Below are positions 45,439 to 54,240 of a stretch of 64,000 nt of DNA, one piece after another. Under the pieces are notes generated by a model. The model had not been told where the DNA came from, made no database searches, and saw nothing but the letters and a program-made list of their open reading frames with translations. Position 1 is the stretch's first letter, and every line of letters begins with the position of its first letter. The stretch comes from Kiritimatiellia bacterium (GTDB lineage: Bacteria; Verrucomicrobiota; Kiritimatiellia; RFP12; UBA1067). Made by a program: the position numbers and the translations under genes. The stretch is from positions 1,536,001 to 1,600,000 of the forward strand of contig JBMNFY010000017.1 in NCBI GenBank assembly GCA_050949565.1, read 5' to 3'.

Positions 45439-46019
45439 CGCCGCCGATGGACAGCGCACCGCTCGAACAATTAGACGACGCCGACCTCATGTTGCGCGTG
45501 CGCAGTCAAGATGACGAGGCCGCCTTTGCCCTGCTGGTATCGCGCCACCAAAAATCCCTGCTGAACTTTTTCATCCGTTCCGGCGTTCAATACGATAGCG
45601 AAGACCTGGTGCAACAGACCTTCCTGCGGCTCTACCGCTACCGACAGCGCTATGTGGCGAGTGCCAAGTTCACGACTTTCCTCTTCCTGCTGGCGCGGCA
45701 GGTGTGGATCGACGAATTGCGTCGCCGGCAGCGCCGACAGCGGCTGGCCGAGAGCCTAGCCGCCGAACCGTACGAGGAGTTCGCCGCTCCGGCCGCCCCC
45801 AGCGCCGGTGTAGAGGGCGATCTTGATCTCGCACGCGCTCTGGCGGCTCTGTCCGAGGGGTTGCGCCAAGTCATCGAACTGGCGGTCTATCAGGATCTGC
45901 CCTATGCCGAGGTGGCAGAGATTCTGAAGATTCCAGTCGGGACTGTGAAGTCAAGGATGTTCAACGCGCTCGCTAAACTGCGCGAGATGCTAGGGGAAAA
46001 GAGAGGAGACACGCCATGA
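45435..46019 (+). CDS. ECF RNA polymerase sigma factor
   Basis: EDLVQQTFLRL and YAEVAEILKIPVGTVKSR. Confidence 0.92.
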   Translation: MTPPMDSAPLEQLDDADLMLRVRSQDDEAAFALLVSRHQKSLLNFFIRSGVQYDSEDLVQQTFLRLYRYRQRYVASAKFTTFLFLLARQVWIDELRRRQRRQRLAESLAAEPYEEFAAPAAPSAGVEGDLDLARALAALSEGLRQVIELAVYQDLPYAEVAEILKIPVGTVKSRMFNALAKLREMLGEKRGDTP

Positions 46020-47149
46020 ACCTGTACGCCCACTTGAGCGAATTGCCCGCCGCCGAGGCCACCGCCTTCCGTGCGCTGGTCACCCGCCTGCGTGCCCAGC
46101 CCCAGCACGAGCCATCCCCCCTGCTCACCTCCCGCATCATGGCCGCCGTCGCCGCCGAACGCGCCCACCCCACCCCCAACGTGCAACCAGAAACCAGAAA
46201 CCAGAAACCAGAAACCAGAAACCCAAAACTCTGGTATTGGGCCGCAGCCGGTCTCGCGGCCTGTCTGCTGGCCGTACTGACCCTTTTCGACCGCCCCGCC
46301 GCATCGACCGCCGCCGATCCGACGACCGCTTGGCTCGCCGCCAACCAAGAAGCGGACGGCTCATGGCAGCCGGCACGCCACGGCGGCGACTCGGCCTACC
46401 GTCCAGCCCTGACTGCGCTAGCTGCACTCGCTCTGGCGCGCGATCCCGCCGACCGCTTCAGTACCAACGTGCAGCGCGCCTGCGATGCATTGACCGCGCT
46501 CCAGACCCCCGACGGCACGTTCGGCGGCACGGGTCGTGTCCGCGCCTACAATCATGCACTCGCCACCTACGCGCTGGCCACACTCGCCCCGCAGGACGGC
46601 CCCGCCGCCGTTGCGCTCGAACGCGCCGTGGCCTACAGCCGCGCCAACCAGAGCGTCGAAGGCGGCTGGGACTACGAGCCCGGCTCCGAGGGCAATGCCG
46701 CCGTGACCTCTTGGCAGGTTCAGGCGCTGGCCGCGGCTGCTGCAAAAGGGATCAGTCAGGCGAATATCCCGCTACGCAAAGGACTGATTTGGCTGAGAGG
46801 TGCCGCGCGCGACGACGGCGGCGTTGCGTACCATCGCGGCTCGCCCGGCCGTTCCGAGGGCCTCGCCGCGCTGACCGCCCACACGCTGATGACCTCGGGC
46901 CAGGCGTTCGAAGGTCTCCCAGCGATCGGTCGCCGTTTGACCGTCAACCTCACCGCTGAAGACAGCACAGCCGACTGCTACCGCGATTGCGCCAAAGTCA
47001 TGGCCTTTGAATCGGCCGGCGATACCGCGCGCGCCGAGACCGTACGCGACGGCATGCAACTGCGCCGTCAAGCCGGCTCGCAAGATCCGTGGGAACCGAT
47101 CGGCGGCACGCTCTACACCTGCGCCTTCACAGCCCTGGCGCACAAGTAA
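46016..47149 (+). CDS. probable anti-sigma factor with extracytoplasmic prenyltransferase/squalene-cyclase-repeat domain
   Basis: ATGA-coupled to the sigma gene; one TM helix; QEADGSW, QTPDGTF and QSVEGGW repeats. Confidence 0.7.
   Translation: MNLYAHLSELPAAEATAFRALVTRLRAQPQHEPSPLLTSRIMAAVAAERAHPTPNVQPETRNQKPETRNPKLWYWAAAGLAACLLAVLTLFDRPAASTAADPTTAWLAANQEADGSWQPARHGGDSAYRPALTALAALALARDPADRFSTNVQRACDALTALQTPDGTFGGTGRVRAYNHALATYALATLAPQDGPAAVALERAVAYSRANQSVEGGWDYEPGSEGNAAVTSWQVQALAAAAAKGISQANIPLRKGLIWLRGAARDDGGVAYHRGSPGRSEGLAALTAHTLMTSGQAFEGLPAIGRRLTVNLTAEDSTADCYRDCAKVMAFESAGDTARAETVRDGMQLRRQAGSQDPWEPIGGTLYTCAFTALAHK
46184..46225 (+). repeat. coding heptamer microsatellite (AAACCAG)n
   Basis: CAACCAG + 4x AAACCAG + AAACCCA, encoding QPETRNQKPETRNP. 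Confidence 0.9.
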
Positions 47150-47182
47150 ATGGCTTTCCGGCGGCGTAAGCGCCGCCGCCCA

Positions 47183-47394
47183 CCACCTTGCACTCCGCGC
47201 CCCTCTCGTACCCACGCACCTCGCGCCACCTTGCACTCCGCGCCCCTCTCGTACCCACGCACCTCGCGCCACCTTGCACTCCGCGCCCCTCTCGTACCCA
47301 CGCACCTCGCGCCACCTTGCACTCCGCGCCCCTCTCGTACCCACGCACCTCGCGCCACCTTGCACTCCGCGCCCCTCTCGTACCCACGCACCTC
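47183..47394. repeat. perfect 43-bp tandem repeat, ~4.9 copies
   Basis: Unit CCACCTTGCACTCCGCGCCCCTCTCGTACCCACGCACCTCGCG at 47183, 47226, 47269, 47312 and 47355. Confidence 0.97.
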
Positions 47395-47425
47395 CGTGTG
47401 CGTGGGCGTGGGCGTGGCCATGTGC

Positions 47426-48016
47426 TCACTCTTTCCCCGTCCGGGCACGACGTCGCGCAAGCGCCCGGTGCGTCAGAAAACCGACAAGCACCACCGCAGC
47501 GATCAGCGCCGCGCTCAAATGGGGCTGCCTCAGATAGGGCAGAATGTGGTCTCCGATGAAGGCACCCATCCACAGGAAAAGCAACGCCTGCACCAGCGAA
47601 GCCGCGCAGAGCATTATTAAAAAGCGCGGGAACGGGTAACGTACTATGCCAGCCACACTATAGGCCACCGTACGGGCTCCTGGCAGAAAACGCGAGAACA
47701 GCACGGCCTTGACCGCGTGACAGGCAAAAATCTCCTTCATCCGCGTAAGCCGATCGGCATTCATCCAACGGCGGCTAAGCAAGAACTGCGTCGCATAACG
47801 GCCAGTCAGATAAAGTCCCAGATCGCCAGATATCCCCCCTAAAAACATGCCAATCAACGCCACCCACGCTTCCATGTGGCCCGCCGCCACCAGCAACCCC
47901 ACACCGCAGCGGCCGGCATCCTCCAGAAAACAGGTGCCCACCGCCACTAAGAGCCCCTGCAGCCAAAGGTTATCCGAAAGGTGTTCGCAAAGCTGGAGAA
48001 AAGTCGCTTCGTTCAC
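47426..48016 (-). CDS. DedA/VTT family membrane protein
   Basis: GDLGLYLTGR and SRFLPGAR; start is uncertain (GTG 48016). Confidence 0.85.
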   Translation of the reverse strand: MNEATFLQLCEHLSDNLWLQGLLVAVGTCFLEDAGRCGVGLLVAAGHMEAWVALIGMFLGGISGDLGLYLTGRYATQFLLSRRWMNADRLTRMKEIFACHAVKAVLFSRFLPGARTVAYSVAGIVRYPFPRFLIMLCAASLVQALLFLWMGAFIGDHILPYLRQPHLSAALIAAVVLVGFLTHRALARRRARTGKE

Positions 48017-48195
48017 AATGGGTTTGATTTTGCCACATTCCCCCCTCCGACGCAAGTGGCACCCTGCCGGTTTTCGCGTGTGGATGTCCTTTTGAATTGG
48101 CAAACGCCACGCGATACCGCATACTCCTTTGTAACGGTGATAATTTTGTGTAACTCGGTTTAAACCAAAGCGTCGATAAGCACTGGGAGTCTTGT

Positions 48196-48855
48196 ATGAC
48201 AGTCAGAAGGATAGAGATTGGTACGGAGGTAGGAAAAGGTTGGCGGCTTTTCAAAGCGAACATGGGCGTCTTGATCTTTGGAGGTATCTTGGCGACTATG
48301 ATTTCGGCAATCACCTGCGGTCTGTTGACGGGGCCTCTCATGGTCGGCATGCTGCTGATCGCACGACGACTGTTGAAGGGCGATCCCGACAGGCCCCAGG
48401 CTGGCGATGTGTTTAGAGGCCTTGATTTTTTCATACAGACGCTATTACTGCTGGTCATCACAGCCATTGCTGTCCTAGTCCTAGGACGCCTCCTGATGTC
48501 CATGGGAAGAATCCCGATAATCATCGGATGGTTGATTGATCTGGTCGTTTATGCTGTGGTCATGTGGGCGCTTGTTTTCGTCGCGTACGAAAAAGCGACA
48601 GCGATCGATGCCATTAAAAAGGTCTTCACTTTGATCAAAAGCGGATCGTTCACCGTGCCGCTGCTGTTTGCGATGGTCGCCGGCTTTCTTGGAAGCTTGG
48701 GTTTGGCTGTGTGCGTTGTCGGCGGATTCTTCACACTGCCGCTCACCTACTGCCTGATGGCGTGCTACTATGATACGCTCTTTGGCGACGGGCCCGAGGT
48801 GATCGATCTGATCAGTGCGCAGACGCCTCCGCCGCCGCCTGACCTGCGCTTGTAA
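48196..48855 (+). CDS. hypothetical integral membrane protein
   Basis: 219 aa with several TM helices, followed by a terminator. Confidence 0.75.
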   Translation: MTVRRIEIGTEVGKGWRLFKANMGVLIFGGILATMISAITCGLLTGPLMVGMLLIARRLLKGDPDRPQAGDVFRGLDFFIQTLLLLVITAIAVLVLGRLLMSMGRIPIIIGWLIDLVVYAVVMWALVFVAYEKATAIDAIKKVFTLIKSGSFTVPLLFAMVAGFLGSLGLAVCVVGGFFTLPLTYCLMACYYDTLFGDGPEVIDLISAQTPPPPPDLRL

Positions 48856-48880
48856 GGGTGACAAATAATTAAAAAACGGG

Positions 48881-48907
48881 GGCCCCTTTGCCCAAAGGGG
48901 CCTTTTT
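48881..48907 (+). terminator. intrinsic terminator
   Basis: GGCCCCTTT-GCCC-AAAGGGGCC followed by TTTTT. Confidence 0.8.
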
Positions 48908-49159
48908 GTACCCGTCGATGCACAAAAATCAAGCCAAAAATGCCTGTTCATAACTGGTCGATAACTGTTAATCCGATTTTCTTGACGTGGTGAACTAACA
49001 CGCGCCTAACATTACATATCCCATTGATAATCAACATGTTATGTGGTTTTGTTTCACATTTTCTTTCGATATATACGTATCGATTGGCGCCATACAAGCC
49101 TGTCAATAGTTTTACGACGGAAACTCACTGCTATGTACGCCGCACTGTCCGCGCCGTGC

Positions 49160-49635
49160 GTGGATTTAGGAGTTAAGAGTTTATTTGGACGTTGAGCGTT
49201 AAAGTTGAAAGTGACCGCAAGTCTGACGAAAAAATTTGGAGTGCGGCAGCAAGCGGTATTCCGCGCGACGCCGCTTTTAAAGCACGAGTGCGGTGGCAAA
49301 GCGGCGCGCAAAAGCGGTGCCGCGACCCGCGCACAGCGCGGCTCTTGTCTCCAAGATGAGTACCGAGCAACGCTTTTACTCTCAGGGTTGCGCGCCACTG
49401 CGTGGTCGCAACAAGAGAGGTTGACCCGCGACATTCGACCCGCGACCTGCGGCGATAGTAGCCCCAAAAAATCTCCGTGTCCTCTGTGTCGCTGTGAGAG
49501 AAAAACCCGAGCCACGAAACACATGAAACTTCATGAAAATCAAAGGCCCCCTTGGCGTCCTGGCGGTTCCCAAACCCAAGCTGTGCCACACCAAAAAATC
49601 TGCGTAATCGGTGTGAATCTGTGGATAAAAAACCC
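49160..49635. repeat. mosaic of several repeat families upstream of mnmG
   Basis: 7-bp, 6-bp and four 9-bp-periodic tracts, a TTGGAGTGCGGC..GCCGCTTT REP-like unit, and a ~66-bp unit repeated at 51819. Confidence 0.75.
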
Positions 49636-49696
49636 GGATCATGCCACATCTCTACCGTTTGCTGTTTAACGCATGAAGGTGTATACTGCATGTGTT

Positions 49697-51565
49697 ATGA
49701 ATCCATCTTCAACCCATTTATCCGGGCACAGCAGGCAGATACACGAGTATGAGGTTCTGGTGGTTGGTGGCGGTCATGCTGGCGTGGAAGCGGCACTTGT
49801 GGCGGCACGCATGGGATGCCGTACCCTTCTGATCACGGGACAGCAGTCGGCGATCGCCAAAATGCCGTGCAATCCATCGATCGGCGGACTGGCCAAATCG
49901 CATCTCGTGGTGGAATTAGATGCGCTCGGCGGTGAAATGGGCATCAATGCGGACCTATGCGGCTTTCAGTTCAAGACGTTGAATGCCAGCCGCGGCCCAG
50001 CCGTCAGGGCCACACGTGTGCAGTGCGACAAACGCCAGTACACACGGCGCATGCAGCAGGTCATTGCAACGGCACCCAATCTGACCGTGCTTGAGGACGA
50101 AGTCACGGCCATCGTCATCGATCAAGGTGTTGTTCACGGCGTGGAATGCGCAGATCACGGTACCGTGTCCGCCTTGACCGTGATTCTGACGACCGGTACG
50201 GCATTGCGCGGACGGATCCACATCGGCGAAGAGGTAACTGCCGGTAGCGGTGATGATCGCCCAGCGGCGGATGCCCTTGCGATTTCGCTACAAAATGCCG
50301 GATTTGAGCTGATTCGACTGAAAACAGGCACTCCGCCCCGGCTTCTGGCGACAAGTATTGCATGGGAAAAGACGCTGATCCAGCCCGGTGAAGAACCACC
50401 TCCATTCTTTTCAATACAGACCAAATGTTCCACGTGGAACATTCCGGGGCCCTGGAAACCCGGTTCAGACCAGATTCCGTGCTGGTTAACCCATACAAAT
50501 GAGCAAACGCACGCGATTATCCGCGATAATTTGTCGCGAAGCTCACTCTACGGCGGCTCAATTACCGGTACAGGTGTGCGATATTGCCCATCGATTGAAG
50601 ACAAAGTCGTTAAATTTACCGAGGCGATGCGCCACCACGTGTTTTTAGAGCCGGAGGGACGCGAGCCGGACGCAATGATCTATCCCGCCGGACTCTCAAA
50701 CAGTCTGCCTCGCGACGTGCAGCGCGATATGGTGCGGAGTGTAGCGGGGCTCGAAGAGGCGGAGTTTCTGGCCGACGGGTATGCCATTGAGTATGATAGT
50801 GTGGATGCCCGCGAGCTACGGCACACCCTCGAAAGCCTGCGCATACGCCATCTTTATCTGGCCGGCCAAGTGAACGGTACAACGGGATATGAAGAGGCCG
50901 CCGCGCAGGGTTTCATGGCAGGCGCGAATGCCGCCTTACAGGTGCAAGGACGCGAACCATTCACCCTCAGCCGTCAGGATGCCTATATCGGGGTGCTGAT
51001 CGACGATCTGGTTACAAAAGGAACCAACGAGCCATACCGCATGTTTACGTCGCGCGCCGAACGCCGCCTGATCTTGCGACAGGATAACGCCCGTTATCGG
51101 CTGATAGAACAGGCCGAACGCCTCGGTGTCGCGCCATTAGTCTGTCGGGCGCAAACCCGTGACTATGCGAGGCAGATCGAAGAGGAACTGGAGCGGTTGC
51201 GCCATGTACGCCAAGAGGGTGTTCCGGCGTTAACACTGCTAGCGCGTCCGGAGATGCGCTATGACTTGCTGCATGAGCGGCGTGAAGACCTGCCGGACGC
51301 CGTAATTGATCAAATCGAGACGCGGATTAAATATCAGGGATACATTGCACAAGAAGAACGGGCCGCAGCGCGGGCTAAAGATGAAGAGGCGGTGGTGATC
51401 CCAGATTGGCTGGATTATCATGCGGTGACGAGCCTGAGATTTGAGAGTCGAGAAAAGTTGATGCGGGTGCGACCTGAAAACCTAGGTCAAGCATCACGCA
51501 TACCCGGCGTCAATCCCGCAGATATCGCGGTGCTGTCACTGATCATCAAGCGCGGACACCTCTGA
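49697..51565 (+). CDS. mnmG: tRNA uridine 5-carboxymethylaminomethyl modification enzyme MnmG (GidA)
   Basis: GGGHAGVEAA, CNPSIGG, RLKTGTPPR, RYCPSIEDK, AGQVNGTTGYEEAAAQG, EPYRMFTSRAE. Confidence 0.97.
   Translation: MNPSSTHLSGHSRQIHEYEVLVVGGGHAGVEAALVAARMGCRTLLITGQQSAIAKMPCNPSIGGLAKSHLVVELDALGGEMGINADLCGFQFKTLNASRGPAVRATRVQCDKRQYTRRMQQVIATAPNLTVLEDEVTAIVIDQGVVHGVECADHGTVSALTVILTTGTALRGRIHIGEEVTAGSGDDRPAADALAISLQNAGFELIRLKTGTPPRLLATSIAWEKTLIQPGEEPPPFFSIQTKCSTWNIPGPWKPGSDQIPCWLTHTNEQTHAIIRDNLSRSSLYGGSITGTGVRYCPSIEDKVVKFTEAMRHHVFLEPEGREPDAMIYPAGLSNSLPRDVQRDMVRSVAGLEEAEFLADGYAIEYDSVDARELRHTLESLRIRHLYLAGQVNGTTGYEEAAAQGFMAGANAALQVQGREPFTLSRQDAYIGVLIDDLVTKGTNEPYRMFTSRAERRLILRQDNARYRLIEQAERLGVAPLVCRAQTRDYARQIEEELERLRHVRQEGVPALTLLARPEMRYDLLHERREDLPDAVIDQIETRIKYQGYIAQEERAAARAKDEEAVVIPDWLDYHAVTSLRFESREKLMRVRPENLGQASRIPGVNPADIAVLSLIIKRGHL
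50426..50441. promoter_or_regulatory. parS centromere-like site inside mnmG
   Basis: Perfect palindrome TGTTCCACGTGGAACA matching the ParB/Spo0J consensus, ~9 kb from dnaA. Confidence 0.9.
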
Positions 51566-51577
51566 GTCAAAGAGGAG

Positions 51578-51941
51578 TTAGGATTTAGGATTTAGGAGTT
51601 TTTGCGCACATAAAGGCAAGGTCATCAAGATGAGATGAGAAAATTGCTTGTTATGCGACTTTTGAAAGCCAAGTCTCTCGTCTCTCGTTTCTTGTCTCTG
51701 CCACGGGATGGCGGCGTGGACGCCGCCCACAGAACTGGGAACGCATGAAGCCAGAACCCCCAAAAACCGAACCATGCCTTTCCGTGTATTCGGTGTATTC
51801 CGTGGTTAAACAAACCCGGAGCAGCGCTTTTACTCTCAAGATTGCGAGCCACTGCGTGGTCGCAATAAGAGAAGTTGACTCGCAACCCGCGACTGGCGAC
51901 TTGCAGCGCTAGCCCAAAAACTCCTAAATCCTAAATCTTAA
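51578..51941. repeat. nested repeat mosaic bounded by 27-bp inverted heptamer tracts
   Basis: TTAGGATTTAGGATTTAGGAGTTTTTG ... CAAAAACTCCTAAATCCTAAATCTTAA (26/27 match), enclosing pieces shared with 7.8, 29.1 and 49.4 kb. Confidence 0.85.
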
Positions 51942-51970
51942 ATGCAAACTCCGCGCGTAGCGCGGTTTGC

Positions 51971-53593
51971 CTACCGCTCCAGAAACCTGCCGCCGCGCAC
52001 ACCGGTGAAACGCCCCTCAGAAAAAGAGAGTACACCGTTGACGATGACATGACACACGCCATGTGCGAATTGATGCGGCTGTGCGTAGGTAGCGGTATCG
52101 GCGAAAAGCTGGGGATCGAACACTGCGATGTCGGCATACGCGCCAACGCGCAACACGCCGCGATCACGCAGACCGAACGCTTGCGCCGGTAGCGTGGTCA
52201 TGCGGCGCACCGCCTCTTCGAGCCCGCAGAGCGCTGCGAAACCCGGTTCGAGGCCCGTCATCAACCGCAAAAAACGGGGCATCGTGCCGTAGGCGCGCGG
52301 GTGGGGGTGATCCTGCCCGAGCGGTCCCCACGGTGCGCGCAGTGAAGCGTCGCTACCGGGCATCACCCAGGGCTGCGCGTAAATCCGACGCAGATTCTCT
52401 AGGCACATACCGAAAAAGAATGCACCGGTACGGGTCTCGTCCGCCTCAATGAAGCGACAGACCGTCTCCCCGGGCGTAAGTCCGAGCATGTCTGCGGCCT
52501 CGGCCAGCGTACGTCCGCTGAAAACACGGACGGTCTCACTCCAGCCGCCCCCGATCATGACGGAAGTCCAGTCATGTCCACTATCGTTTAGTTCGTCCTC
52601 AATCCGTACGCGTATCGCCGGATCACGCAGGTTGGCGAGGATCGCGTCGCGTCCGCCTGCCGAGGCCCAGTCCGGTAACACCACATCAAGGTCAGTGCCA
52701 GAAGCGGTGTAGGGGTAACGGTCGCTGTGCACTGGTACGCCGTCGTCACGTGCGGTATTGATTCGTTCTAGTGTGGTCTCAATCTTATGCCAGTTGGCGG
52801 GGCCTGCGGTTTTGAGATGGGAGATCTGCACACGAATACCAGTACGACGCGACAGCTCCAGAACGTCCTCAACCGACTCGACCAGATACTTGCCTTCGCT
52901 GCGCATGTGAGTAGCGTACATCCCGCCGCGCGTAGCGGCGGTGCGAGCGAGTGTGGTTATCTCCTCCGGCTCGGCGTATTTGCCGGGCTGGTAGAGTAGT
53001 CCCGTAGAGAGTCCCCATCCACCCTCATCAAGCGCTTGTTCTAAATTGCGACACATTGCCTGTAGGTCATCCAGAGTGGCCGGACGTGGCTCATAGCCCA
53101 TCACGCCAGCGCGCAGCGTATTATGGCCGATGAACTGAACGGTGTTAAGAGCTGGGCGAACTGCATCAAAAAGCGAACGATAGCTGGCCACGGTGGTCCA
53201 AGCGGGCGCAGTAGGGGTGGGGCTGAGCGTCTGTGTAGCGGCGTCGAAGTGCGGATAGAGGTGTGAGGCCCAATCGGACGAGAGACGCGCACGCCCCAGA
53301 CGTGGCACAGCCGAGCCGCCGCACTGGCCGTTGATTTCGGTGGTGATACCCTGCGCGAGCTTGCTGGGCGCGTCAGGCTCCAGTAGCAGATAGGCGTCCG
53401 AGTGCGCGTGCGCGTCGATAAAGCCCGGCGCGACAACCATTCCGGTGGCGTCGATACACCGATCCGCCTTGGCCGCAGCCAGATCGCCGATCGCCGCGAT
53501 GCGGTCGCGTTGTATTCCGACATCCGCCACGCGCGCCGCCGCGCCTGTGCCGTCTATGACCGTGCCGCCCTTCAACAGAATATCGATTTGCAT
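51971..53593 (-). CDS. N-acyl-D-amino-acid deacylase (D-aminoacylase)
   Basis: APGFIDAHAHSD, GHNTLR, THMRSE, ISHLK, YPY, HPRAYGT. Confidence 0.92.
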   Translation of the reverse strand: MQIDILLKGGTVIDGTGAAARVADVGIQRDRIAAIGDLAAAKADRCIDATGMVVAPGFIDAHAHSDAYLLLEPDAPSKLAQGITTEINGQCGGSAVPRLGRARLSSDWASHLYPHFDAATQTLSPTPTAPAWTTVASYRSLFDAVRPALNTVQFIGHNTLRAGVMGYEPRPATLDDLQAMCRNLEQALDEGGWGLSTGLLYQPGKYAEPEEITTLARTAATRGGMYATHMRSEGKYLVESVEDVLELSRRTGIRVQISHLKTAGPANWHKIETTLERINTARDDGVPVHSDRYPYTASGTDLDVVLPDWASAGGRDAILANLRDPAIRVRIEDELNDSGHDWTSVMIGGGWSETVRVFSGRTLAEAADMLGLTPGETVCRFIEADETRTGAFFFGMCLENLRRIYAQPWVMPGSDASLRAPWGPLGQDHPHPRAYGTMPRFLRLMTGLEPGFAALCGLEEAVRRMTTLPAQAFGLRDRGVLRVGAYADIAVFDPQLFADTATYAQPHQFAHGVCHVIVNGVLSFSEGRFTGVRGGRFLER

Positions 53594-53630
53594 CTTCGGC
53601 CCCTATACAAAATGCGCGTCCGGTTCTGTG

Positions 53631-53673
53631 GGCGGTGTTTACGCCGCCGGGCAAGCAGACGCTAGCCCCTCCC
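53631..53673. repeat. REP-like double hairpin, family 2
   Basis: GGCGGTGTTTACGCCGCCGGGCAAGCAGACGCTAGCCCCTCCC. Confidence 0.7.
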
Positions 53674-53727
53674 GGCGCTCCGCAAGTAATGAAACTCGAA
53701 ACCTTATCAGCCCTTTGCACCCGTCGC

Positions 53728-54240
53728 CTACAAGTGCTGTGTTCCACTCAATAGAGCAACCACTTGCTGCTGAACTTCGTCGAGACGGTCGAGCCGCAAG
53801 CGCGGATCGAGCACCACGAAAGTATCACCGCTCTTCTTGTGCTCGTACACGCGCAAGATGCCGCCGCTCTCGTGGGGTTTGGCGTCCCGCTCGACCAACT
53901 GTTTGCCGCGCTCCAGCATCACGGCCAGCACGTACATGACATTCTGCATCGCTGGATCTTCGAGTGTGATCAGGCGACGCAACAGACTTTCAGCCGTCTC
54001 TTTCTTGAGCGGCTCGTCTTTCTCCGGCGGTGGGGGAGGCGCTTCGTAAACACCCTCCCAGATGCTGAAAGGCTCCCAGTCGCGTACCAATTCCTGCCAG
54101 CAGACAGGGTGGTAGTCCAGCCGCTCATAGGTGTTTTCGGCCTCGCGCAGCACCGAGACGCAAGGCGTCTCATCGGCAAACGGCTGCGCGCAGACCGAAC
54201 AAACATGGCCACGCGGGCGGATGTTCCACTCTTGTGCCAT
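53728..54240 (-). CDS. conserved hypothetical protein (PVC-type)
   Basis: CxxC near the N-terminus; YVLAVMLER and F.V.DP.L; abuts the stop of the upstream gene. Confidence 0.75.
   Translation of the reverse strand: MAQEWNIRPRGHVCSVCAQPFADETPCVSVLREAENTYERLDYHPVCWQELVRDWEPFSIWEGVYEAPPPPPEKDEPLKKETAESLLRRLITLEDPAMQNVMYVLAVMLERGKQLVERDAKPHESGGILRVYEHKKSGDTFVVLDPRLRLDRLDEVQQQVVALLSGTQHL

Noticed and set aside
47183-47394. CRISPR array
   Set aside because: Units are contiguous and identical, with no unique spacers and no cas genes.
47007-47620. Repetitive ORFs over the 43-bp array
   Set aside because: They are translations of a stop-free GC-rich repeat in several frames, with no RBS or family motif.
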